IMG/VR virus record: IMGVR_UViG_3300025638_000003
Span: 1 to 64,000 of that record
From: a virus
Taxonomy: Duplodnaviria; Caudoviricetes
Length of the DNA: 64,000 nt
Strand: one strand, 5' to 3'
Positions 15,852 through 23,573 of this stretch are shown one piece after another (position 1 is the stretch's first letter; every line of letters begins with the position of its first letter). Below the pieces are notes generated by a model, which saw only the letters and a list, made by a program, of their open reading frames with translations, made no database searches and was not told the origin of the DNA. A program made the position numbers and the translations under genes.

Positions 15852-16130
15852 ATGATAAACTGCCCAAGATGTGGTAAGAAGAAATATGGGTATCATACCT
15901 TAGATTATTCTATGCGCCGGGCAGGTTGTTATGCGTGTGGATATGGATTTGAACATGACAAATCTCAACATTTTGAGTGCCAAGGGAAAACTCAATATGC
16001 ATCAAAAAATAAAGCGATGACCGAAATTCATCGCATAATTGAAGATTCATGTGGGGGAGAAGGAAAAGAACTACGGCCATATAAATGTAAATATTGTAAT
16101 TATTGGCACTTAACTTCTAAAAAAATATGA
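15852..16130 (+). CDS. Zinc-finger hypothetical protein
   Basis: CPRC, CYAC, YKCKYCNYWHLTS motifs. Confidence 0.65.
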   Translation: MINCPRCGKKKYGYHTLDYSMRRAGCYACGYGFEHDKSQHFECQGKTQYASKNKAMTEIHRIIEDSCGGEGKELRPYKCKYCNYWHLTSKKI

Positions 16131-16312
16131 TTATAAAAATACTTGTTTATATATTGCTCGGATTAATTTGGTCTTTACTTTTTTCAGTAATAGATCCCAA
16201 AAGATATATGCATATAATGGAATCAAGATTATATTTAATTTTAAATATTTTAATATGGCCATTAAGTATAATACTTCTTTTAATTATTTATTTTAATGAA
16301 ATGGGAAATTAG
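16127..16312 (+). CDS. Small membrane protein
   Basis: Two hydrophobic helices; stop overlaps tRNA-Val 5' end. Confidence 0.55.
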   Translation: MIIKILVYILLGLIWSLLFSVIDPKRYMHIMESRLYLILNILIWPLSIILLLIIYFNEMGN

Positions 16313-16376
16313 GCTAGTGGTAAACTGCAAGAATGACACTCTTGATTCAATGGTTCGATTCCATTATTTCCCACCA
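16303..16376 (+). tRNA. tRNA-Val (GAC)
   Basis: GGGAAAT/ATTTCCC, CAAGA-ATGACAC-TCTTG. Confidence 0.9.
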
Positions 16377-16403
16377 AGTTTGGAAAAATTAAATACTATT
16401 TAT

Positions 16404-16638
16404 CTTTGGTGCGGGAAGAAAACCCGCCTGCTTTAGCGGGTGGGATGAATGCCCGTTAATATAATAATGATTTTGGAATGATTCCAAAATATATATATTG
16501 ACTTTCCAGTTCAATAAGAACTGGGGAACGGCGGGAACCGCCGTCTAAGCCAACTGCCTTGACGTAAGACAAATTCCTAGCGGAATTTGCAGTTGATTGG
16601 GTTGGAAACCCATTCGCTTTAGCGGATGGGTAGTTCAT
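16404..16638 (+). mobile_element. Non-autonomous IS200/IS605-family element (235 bp), complete copy 2
   Basis: Follows TTTAT; left hairpin CCCGCCTGC-TTTA-GCGGGTGGG, right hairpin CCCATTCGC-TTTA-GCGGATGGG then TAGTTCAT; no TSD or transposase. Confidence 0.8.
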
Positions 16639-16646
16639 GAAATGTT

Positions 16647-16901
16647 ATGAGCAAATTAAATGGATTTCGAAAAAAATTAAAATTAGATCGGGTATTGATT
16701 GCCGAGCAGGTTGCGCATGAAAAAACAATTAAAGAGGGAAAAAGTATAATAAAGGAATGTTGTGAAAAAGACGCCGAATTCGCTCGAAAAATTTCTGAAA
16801 TTACTGGAGAAAATTGCACGGAAGAAACCAAAAACCCGAATCTCCAAGCCTCGTTCACGGAACAAAATGAAGAATCTCAGTCCAAAGAAAAAGAAACCTA
16901 A
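16647..16901 (+). CDS. Hypothetical protein
   Basis: ORF immediately after element. Confidence 0.55.
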   Translation: MSKLNGFRKKLKLDRVLIAEQVAHEKTIKEGKSIIKECCEKDAEFARKISEITGENCTEETKNPNLQASFTEQNEESQSKEKET

Positions 16902-16909
16902 TAAGAAGT

Positions 16910-16986
16910 CAGGGTGTAGCACAGCCCGGTAGTGCGCTTGCCTTGGGCGCAAGAGGTCGGGAGTTCGAATCTCCCCACCCTGACCA
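16910..16986 (+). tRNA. tRNA-Pro (TGG)
   Basis: CAGGGTG/CACCCTG, CTTGGGC loop. Confidence 0.95.
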
Positions 16987-16993
16987 TTAAATT

Positions 16994-17467
16994 ATGAATA
17001 GAGAAGAAAAATTAAAAAAAATTATTGATCAATTAAAAGAAGATGGAATAAATATTGAACCTTCTTTAAAAATTGAAGAAGTGAATATTGAAAAACCAAT
17101 AAAAATAGACGTAAATATTAATGCGTTATGTATTTCTTTTGTAGTTATTAGTGGTTATATGGAAGAATTAAAAAAATCTGGAATTATAGATGAACAATTT
17201 ACTACAATTCATGATTCTGGCAAAAAAATTATTTCGGTGAGTGAAAAATTTAATTGGACTCCTACCGATGAAGAAATTAAAGCTTTTATTTTAGGAGTTT
17301 TGGAAGAAAGTGTACCCGAAAAACAAATTTTTTATTTATGTACTCTTAAACAATATAGAGATGATAAAGAAGGATTATTAAAAAAGTTTAAAAAAGAAGA
17401 GATTCGAGAAATAGAAAATACTGATAAACAATGCTGCTGTGGTGGAATGGCAGACACGCAAGTTTGA
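16994..17467 (+). CDS. Hypothetical protein (3' end runs into tRNA-Leu)
   Basis: 157-aa ORF. Confidence 0.6.
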   Translation: MNREEKLKKIIDQLKEDGINIEPSLKIEEVNIEKPIKIDVNINALCISFVVISGYMEELKKSGIIDEQFTTIHDSGKKIISVSEKFNWTPTDEEIKAFILGVLEESVPEKQIFYLCTLKQYRDDKEGLLKKFKKEEIREIENTDKQCCCGGMADTQV

Positions 17468-17518
17468 GGTACTTGTGCTTTTAAGAGCTTGGAGGTTCGA
17501 GTCCTCTCAGCAGCACCA
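17433..17518 (+). tRNA. tRNA-Leu (GAG)
   Basis: GCTGCTG/CAGCAGC, TTGAGGT loop, long V-arm. Confidence 0.95.
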
Positions 17519-17532
17519 ATAAAAAGGATATT

Positions 17533-17979
17533 ATGATAAAAATAATTACTTCAATGTTAGAAGATAATAGTGGAGGTATTTCTACTATTAGAGTATGTTT
17601 ATTGTTGTGGTTAATAATTCTGGGGTTTAATATGACTTATGGAACTATTACCGAAAAACCATTCCCTATTACAGGAGAATTAGTTGCTTTAACATCATGT
17701 GTATTTGGAGCAAAAGCAATTCAAAGATTTGGTGAGAAAGGTGAAGAAGAAGCGGCGATTGCGTCAAATAATTTAAATACGGGGGACGTTAGAATATCGC
17801 AACTTCCTCTAACTGTGAGTGTGCAAGGATCGGTTCCAGTGAGTGGAATGGTGCCAATTTCGGCCAATCCTTCGGTGCCAACTGTAATTCCAATGACTCC
17901 AGTTGTACCTGAGCCGCAACCAGTTCCAAATCCTCGGGAACCCGAGCCGTGGGGTCCCGGACAAGTAGCTGCGCCTTAA
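17533..17979 (+). CDS. Membrane protein with Pro-rich tail, possible holin-like
   Basis: Two TM segments after GGISTIR; KAIQRFGEK; Pro/Val-rich C-terminus. Confidence 0.5.
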   Translation: MIKIITSMLEDNSGGISTIRVCLLLWLIILGFNMTYGTITEKPFPITGELVALTSCVFGAKAIQRFGEKGEEEAAIASNNLNTGDVRISQLPLTVSVQGSVPVSGMVPISANPSVPTVIPMTPVVPEPQPVPNPREPEPWGPGQVAAP

Positions 17980-17981
17980 AC

Positions 17982-18029
17982 TTGACATTTAAAACTAATG
18001 TGATATAATTTTACATGATCTTTGAAAAT
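17982..18029 (+). promoter_or_regulatory. Sigma70 promoter followed by boxA-like TGATCTTTGAAAA
   Basis: TTGACA-16nt-TATAAT (TG extended) then boxA-like motif before rnpB. Confidence 0.7.
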
Positions 18030-18031
18030 TA

Positions 18032-18267
18032 TTTAGGCGACTTAGACGCTGAATATGGTTAAGCCCATATTTAGAGGAAGTTCGATACTACCAAACCTAA
18101 TGTGGGAGAAAATATTTCATTGACCACAGAAGTAGCAATCCTAAATGTCCGAGGGTGTCGGTTTCCCATTGACGACTGGTTGGAGCAGCAACTATTAGCA
18201 CGTTGCCACAATTTTTATTGTGAGATAAATGTCTAAGATAATACAGAATATCGGCTATTTGCCTAAA
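18032..18267 (+). ncRNA. rnpB: Compact RNase P RNA (rnpB-like), ~236 nt
   Basis: P1 TTTAGGCGA/TTGCCTAAA, P2 CTTAGAC/GTCTAAG, P3, CR-I GAGGAAGTTCGATAC pairing (P4) with CR-V ACAGAATATCGGCTA, CR-II-like CACAGAAG, GAGATAAATG. Confidence 0.8.
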
Positions 18268-18273
18268 GAATTT

Positions 18274-18361
18274 CGGATAGACGCCCATAAGGTAGGTGCC
18301 GAAAGGGCTGCGTAGGTGACGCTAAAACAACAATGTCGTTTCGTTGTTCACCGTCTATCCG
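18274..18361 (+). ncRNA. Unidentified small structured RNA
   Basis: Perfect 10-bp closing stem CGGATAGACG/CGTCTATCCG with internal GAAA hairpin and AACAAC/GTTGTT. Confidence 0.5.
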
Positions 18362-18375
18362 TCAATTTAATAGAT

Positions 18376-18451
18376 GGGGTTATCGTTCAATTTAGTAGGA
18401 TAGGAAATTCGCAATTTTCAGATCTGTGTGCAATTCACAGTAACTCCACCA
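18376..18451 (+). tRNA. tRNA-Ala (CGC)
   Basis: GGGGTTA/TAACTCC with G3:U70, TTCGCAA loop. Confidence 0.85.
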
Positions 18452-18502
18452 TTTTCAAAATAACTGCACTCTTTTTCGTTCGTCTCCACTATTTATTGTT
18501 GT

Positions 18503-19335
18503 ATGAAAATGACAACAATAGTTTGTGCTAATTGTAAAAAAAGTGTGAAAAACCAACAAAGGAAATAACTCGTCAACGTAAACAAGGACGATTAAAATTT
18601 TATTGTTCATTATCATGTTCGTCGTCGAATACACAAATTACAACACACAAAATAATATCAAAATGTTTATGGTGTAAAAATGATTTTTATACTACAACGC
18701 ATAAAAATCATCGAAAATGCTGTAGTAAACTTTGTGCTTATAAATATTCAAGATCATTTGTTAATCCGCAAAAAATTTCAACGTCATTAAAAGAATACAA
18801 TAAACTTCATCCCCGCCATAAAATATATCCTATAGAAAAAACTTTTATATGTACAATATGTAAATTATCATTTATAAAAACTATAAGATCACAATTTGAA
18901 ACATATAAAACATGTGGAGATACATGTTATAGAAAACTTGTAAGTCAATGGACTCGTAATAATCCTAATTGTGGGGGGAAACTTGGATATAGAAGATTTT
19001 TATATAAAGGATATAAAATGGATTCCCGGTGGGAAGTTGAACTGGCAAAATGGATGGACAATCGGAAAATAAAATGGAATAGAAATAAAAAGCGATATAT
19101 GTTTTGGTGGATTGATGAAAATGGAAATAGACGAAAATATTTTCCCGATTTTTATCTTCCTGATTATAAAGTGTATCTTGATCCAAAAAATGCATATTAT
19201 TTAAAACGAGATCTTCCAAAATTACAATATGTAATAAACACGTACAATATTATATTATTTTATGGAAATGTTGAAGATATAAAAAATTCTATTGACAAAC
19301 TATGGAAAAATGTTATAATTAAGGATGTAAATTAA
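18503..19335 (+). pseudogene. Zn-ribbon repeat + PD-(D/E)xK homing-endonuclease-like gene, frameshifted at A7 (18536-18542)
   Basis: Joined translation is a full-length paralog of 20938-21729 (FYCSLSC, NPNCGG, MDSRWE, YFPDFYLPDY, LDPKN). Confidence 0.75.
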
Positions 19336-19348
19336 ATAAAATTAAATT

Positions 19349-19948
19349 ATGGAAAATATAGGACTTTCAGAAAAAATAATATCATTATTAAATAAAACAT
19401 TGGGAATGCAAAGTTTGGCCCAAATAATACATATCTGTCATTATGTGCTTGAAACAGAACCTCTCGGAGGAGTTATAGTTGAATTTGGATGTTATGCCGG
19501 AGACACCGCAAAAGTCATTACAGAATTAACAAATCGACCTGTACATGTATATGATAGTTTTCAAGGACTTCCCGATCACAATGGATATATGCAAATGCCA
19601 AAGAAAATTTTAATAGAAAATTTTAAATATGATCGGGTAAAATTGCCACATATACATGAAGGATGGTTTAATGAATTAAAACCCGAAGAAGTACCGGATC
19701 AAATATCATTTGCTCATTTGGATGGAGATTTATATGAAAGTATAAAAGATTCTCTTTTTCTTGTATATGACAAAATGATTAAAGATGGAATTATTTTAAT
19801 AGACGATTATGACCATCCTAGATTTCCAGGCGTACGTAAAGCAGTTAATGAATTCATGATAAATAAACCTGAAGAAATTAGATTTCTCAATGAAATTCCA
19901 CATGAAGTAATAGCAATTGGATCTAAAGCTTATATTAAAAAATTATAG
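19349..19948 (+). CDS. TylF/MycF/NovP-family O-methyltransferase
   Basis: VEFGCYAG, YDSFQGLP, GWF, AHLDGDLYES, IDDY motifs. Confidence 0.85.
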   Translation: MENIGLSEKIISLLNKTLGMQSLAQIIHICHYVLETEPLGGVIVEFGCYAGDTAKVITELTNRPVHVYDSFQGLPDHNGYMQMPKKILIENFKYDRVKLPHIHEGWFNELKPEEVPDQISFAHLDGDLYESIKDSLFLVYDKMIKDGIILIDDYDHPRFPGVRKAVNEFMINKPEEIRFLNEIPHEVIAIGSKAYIKKL

Positions 19949-19970
19949 TTAATATATTTTACGGTTATAT

Positions 19971-20615
19971 ATGAAAATTAGGATTTATTCCTTATTGATT
20001 TTTTTGGTTTCATTTAATATTCTGTCGCAAACTCGGACAGTTACTACTACAAATTTATATTCCATACGATTTATTAATAATGAACAATATACAAATATAA
20101 TGTGCATTTGTAATTTCGGAGAAGTAATTAAAATCAATGAGTTTTTTCAGGGCGGAGATATTGGGGCACATCAAACCACTAAACATTGGATGGAAAATCG
20201 AACAATTATTACATTTGATTTAGATAATATACCGCTTGCAATTTCAAATAAAATGATTTCTAAAGCAACTTTAATTTTGGCATTGCAAAATCAACAAAAC
20301 GGATTGCCAGGATCAAAAATAGATATACATATTTTTCATGATAAAAATTTAATAACTACAAATTATTGGGCCGAGGGAATATATTATTCAAGTTTTTTTG
20401 ATGTGCCTAATGTACAGGAAATTGATATAACGGGAGCAGTAAAGTCGGCAAAACAAAACAATAATTCAATTTTAGGATTGCGAATGTCAACCGAATTGTA
20501 TAATTTTAGTTGTATATTTATTAATCCATATTGGAAGACTAATAAAATTTCAATGGTATTAGATTATTCTCCTGCTAATATTCCTCAAAAACCTAAATAT
20601 TTAAAATCAATTTAA
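19971..20615 (+). CDS. Secreted protein, DNRLRE-like beta-sandwich
   Basis: Signal peptide; RTIITFDL..IP..ISKATLIL; DITGAVK. Confidence 0.5.
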   Translation: MKIRIYSLLIFLVSFNILSQTRTVTTTNLYSIRFINNEQYTNIMCICNFGEVIKINEFFQGGDIGAHQTTKHWMENRTIITFDLDNIPLAISNKMISKATLILALQNQQNGLPGSKIDIHIFHDKNLITTNYWAEGIYYSSFFDVPNVQEIDITGAVKSAKQNNNSILGLRMSTELYNFSCIFINPYWKTNKISMVLDYSPANIPQKPKYLKSI

Positions 20616-20678
20616 GAATTTGCTTGACATTTTTTGAATTTCCATTATACTTATAGTCGTATAATAAATGATCTTTAT

Positions 20679-20750
20679 TGCGGGGGAGTGTGATGGTGCA
20701 CGACAGTTTCATAAGCTGTAGGACCAGTTCGATTCTGGCGACCGCAACCA
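20679..20750 (+). tRNA. tRNA-Met (CAT), irregular acceptor/T junction
   Basis: ACAGT-TTCATAA-GCTGT, TTCGATT, GCAACCA; mismatches in acceptor. Confidence 0.65.
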
Positions 20751-20814
20751 ATTTCATCTGGAAGTGATGGCAGAAAAATGTCTGACTCAATGTAGGCATC
20801 TCGTCATTTTTAAT

Positions 20815-20888
20815 GGGGCCGTAGTATAACGGTAGTACGGGACATTTGCAATGTTCAGGTAGGTGTTCGACTCACCCCGGCTCCACCA
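20815..20888 (+). tRNA. tRNA-Ala (TGC)
   Basis: GGGGCCG/CGGCTCC with G3:U70, TTTGCAA loop. Confidence 0.95.
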
Positions 20889-20937
20889 TTCTTCAAGTAT
20901 TCCAATTCATTTCTGTTTCTCTCCACTATTTATTGGT

Positions 20938-21729
20938 GTGAAAACCATACCAATAACTTGTCGGAAATGCAATGCTTCATTCAAGATTAAATCTTCGGAA
21001 TATAATCGGCAACTTCGAAACGGAAGAGATTATTTTTTCTGTTCTTTATCTTGTGCCCAATCTTATAATAAAACCACTACGTTTAGGATAGTATCTACAT
21101 GTGTATGGTGTAAACGAGATTTTGAAACATCTACTCATAAAAAAGCAAGACGATGTTGCTCGTTAGATTGTGCTCATAAATATTCTCAATCGAAAGTTGA
21201 TCCTGAAACTCATAGACTTTCTTTACAACGAAAAAAACATTTTCCAAAAGAAAAACAATTTATTTGTGTAATTTGTCACAGAGCGTTTATAAAAACTGTA
21301 CTTTCCGATTCTAAACATTTTCAAGTATGTTCTCCGATATGCTGCAATGAACTACTTCGACAAAAAGCCATATCCAACCCAAATTGCGGCGGCGAAACCG
21401 GATATCGACACTACAAGTATCGGGACGTGTGGATGGATTCGGCATGGGAAGTAAATTTGGCAAAATGGATGGATGATAATGGAATTTATTGGGAGCGCAG
21501 TAGAAAGCGTCATATGTTTTGGTGGACGGATGATGACGGTCAAAAACGACGATATTATCCAGATTTCTATCTACCGGATTATGATGTCTATCTTGACCCC
21601 AAAAACAAATACCGAATGAAAATGGACGAATACAAATTGACAAAAGTTGTAAATGAAAATGGAATTCATCTCATTTGGGGAGAAATAGAGAATGTGAAAA
21701 AAGAAATTGACACTTTGCGTAGAATGTGA
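20938..21729 (+). CDS. Zn-ribbon repeat + PD-(D/E)xK free-standing homing-endonuclease-like protein
   Basis: GTG start after TATTTAT; CxxC...CSxxC repeats; MDSAWE...YYPDFYLPDYDVYLDPKN. Confidence 0.75.
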   Translation: MKTIPITCRKCNASFKIKSSEYNRQLRNGRDYFFCSLSCAQSYNKTTTFRIVSTCVWCKRDFETSTHKKARRCCSLDCAHKYSQSKVDPETHRLSLQRKKHFPKEKQFICVICHRAFIKTVLSDSKHFQVCSPICCNELLRQKAISNPNCGGETGYRHYKYRDVWMDSAWEVNLAKWMDDNGIYWERSRKRHMFWWTDDDGQKRRYYPDFYLPDYDVYLDPKNKYRMKMDEYKLTKVVNENGIHLIWGEIENVKKEIDTLRRM

Positions 21730-21779
21730 TATATGTATGGGAGTAATGACACTCCGAGGGCACTTCCCTTGAGTTCATT

Positions 21780-21853
21780 GGGGTTATCGTATAATGGTAG
21801 TACATGTGAATGGCATTCACAAAGTTGGGGTTCGACTCCCCATAACTCCACCA
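21780..21853 (+). tRNA. tRNA-Ala (GGC)
   Basis: GGGGTTA/TAACTCC, TGTGA-ATGGCAT-TCACA. Confidence 0.95.
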
Positions 21854-21859
21854 GTTAAT

Positions 21860-22534
21860 ATGAAAATTAAAATTGTAACTTTAAGTGATAAAAATCGTAA
21901 AGAAATAAGTGATGTTACATTTCCAACGTTAGAAAAATTTTCTATTAATACTGGGATTGAATTAACACGACATACATCTCTTATAGATCCATCAATACAT
22001 GCAAAATGGAATAAATTTTTATCTTTGAAATTGGAAATAGAAAAATATGACTGGATAATATGGATGGATTCAGATATATCAATTATAAATAAAAATTTTG
22101 ATTTAAAAAATTATTTATCTACATTTGATAAAAGGACAAACTTTTTAATTTCAATGGATTGTAATGGGCCATGTACAGGGTGTTTTGCATTGAGAAATTG
22201 TGAATGGTCTTATAATTTTATAAATACTGTTCTATTTTTAAAAAATACATGTGATATTAAAGAAGTGCCCCAAAATCGCACCGAATCTGATCAGGGATGT
22301 GTTCGGGTGTTAATAAAAAACTTTTCGAATATATCAAATTATGTGGAATATATACCAGAACATTTAATTCAAAATCCAAGAAGTGTATTTAATCCTGATG
22401 CATTTGCGATGCATTTTTGGTATGAATTAAGAGATAGAAATAGAATTATAGATTGTGCAACAGATATTGATAATGGTATATGGACGGAAGAACAATTAAA
22501 AAGTAAACAAAAAAATACAATTGTTGTAATGTAA
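21860..22534 (+). CDS. GT34-like (GMA12/MNN10 family) glycosyltransferase
   Basis: WNK...YDWIIWMDSD...SMDCNGPCTGCF.LRN..WS...DQ. Confidence 0.75.
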   Translation: MKIKIVTLSDKNRKEISDVTFPTLEKFSINTGIELTRHTSLIDPSIHAKWNKFLSLKLEIEKYDWIIWMDSDISIINKNFDLKNYLSTFDKRTNFLISMDCNGPCTGCFALRNCEWSYNFINTVLFLKNTCDIKEVPQNRTESDQGCVRVLIKNFSNISNYVEYIPEHLIQNPRSVFNPDAFAMHFWYELRDRNRIIDCATDIDNGIWTEEQLKSKQKNTIVVM

Positions 22535-22589
22535 TAAATTCTCAATATATTTATCATCGGAATCATGATATGATTTAAGAAATAAAATT

Positions 22590-22776
22590 TCTTTGACATA
22601 GCAGATAGACCGATGATTAAATACCCCATAGTGTGTGACACATGGGAATAAGCGTGGAAAAGAAGTAAATATTTAAATATATTGAAGACCATGACAGGTT
22701 TCTCGGCCTAAAGCGAAGATAGCGATGACTGCGAAAAGGTCTAGGTATTAACTATCATAAGTTACTATGTCAAAGA
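22590..22776 (+). ncRNA. Unidentified ~187-nt structured RNA
   Basis: 12-bp terminal stem TCTTTGACATAG/CTATGTCAAAGA; TAGACC/GGTCTA, AATACC/GGTATT, CCCAT..ATGGG hairpin; abuts tRNA-Ser. Confidence 0.55.
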
Positions 22777-22778
22777 TC

Positions 22779-22867
22779 GGTGGGGTGGCTGAGTTGGTTT
22801 AAGGCACTTGTTTGGAAGACAAGCGTGCCCAAAAGCACCGTGGGTTCGAATCCCACCCCCACCGCCA
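22779..22867 (+). tRNA. tRNA-Ser (GGA)
   Basis: CTTGT-TTGGAAG-ACAAG, long V-arm, GCCA. Confidence 0.95.
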
Positions 22868-22888
22868 ATTTAGAAAGTATATATTATT

Positions 22889-23107
22889 ATGAAAGCAAAA
22901 CGTTTAGGTGATTTACAGCGAGTTATTAATCAAAATCCGCATTGGGCGGCGTTGAAAGAATATAATCATATTCGAGTGCAATTTCCTAATGGAAAAGAAA
23001 AACATTTATTATTTACGGATAAAGAAATTCAACGGGCTATAGACCGAGCCAATAAGAATCCGGAAGATCTGCCCAAAGTATCATGGGTCAGAGATTTCTT
23101 TGATTGA
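22889..23107 (+). CDS. Hypothetical phage protein
   Basis: 72-aa ORF, LLFTDKEIQRAIDRANKNPED. Confidence 0.65.
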   Translation: MKAKRLGDLQRVINQNPHWAALKEYNHIRVQFPNGKEKHLLFTDKEIQRAIDRANKNPEDLPKVSWVRDFFD

Positions 23108-23113
23108 TAAACA

Positions 23114-23200
23114 GGATGGTTAACCGGGCGGGGACCCGGGGCCGACTCGAAATCGGCACGCACCTCAGAGTGTGGGGATCGAGACCTCAGCCATCCGCCA
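23114..23200 (+). tRNA. tRNA-Ser (CGA), likely 8/4 fold
   Basis: GGATGGTT/AGCCATCC, 5-bp D-stem, GCCGA-CTCGAAA-TCGGC, T-loop ATCGAGA, GCCA. Confidence 0.85.
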
Positions 23201-23206
23201 TTTTCA

Positions 23207-23572
23207 ATGAAAAAACAGTTAATATTTATATTTATATTTTTCTTTGTATTGATTGCAAAAACTGAAAATGTACGGTTTAATGTACAATATGAAGGAAATA
23301 CTAACGAAACTGCCGGATTTGCCATTTATTATGGCCCGGCATCTCGCCAATATACCAATCATCAAATAGTAAAAAATTCTACTAATATCACTATCACGAA
23401 TCTACCATCCAATTCTTCGTTTTATTTATCTGGACGATCTATCAGGTTTGACGGATTGGAGTCGGATTTAGGAAACGAATTATTTATAACAACCACACCT
23501 ATTATAACCAATCAATTACCAAGTGCAGTGAAAGATTTTCGGCTTTCTCACGTTTATATGAATATTTATTAA
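23207..23572 (+). CDS. Secreted FN3-domain protein
   Basis: Signal peptide; GFAIYYGPASRQYTN...GLESDLGNE. Confidence 0.7.
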   Translation: MKKQLIFIFIFFFVLIAKTENVRFNVQYEGNTNETAGFAIYYGPASRQYTNHQIVKNSTNITITNLPSNSSFYLSGRSIRFDGLESDLGNELFITTTPIITNQLPSAVKDFRLSHVYMNIY

Positions 23573-23573
23573 T

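Noticed and set aside
18290-18315. SRP 4.5S RNA
   Set aside because: GAAA hairpin present but lacks the conserved CAGG/AGCAG internal loop
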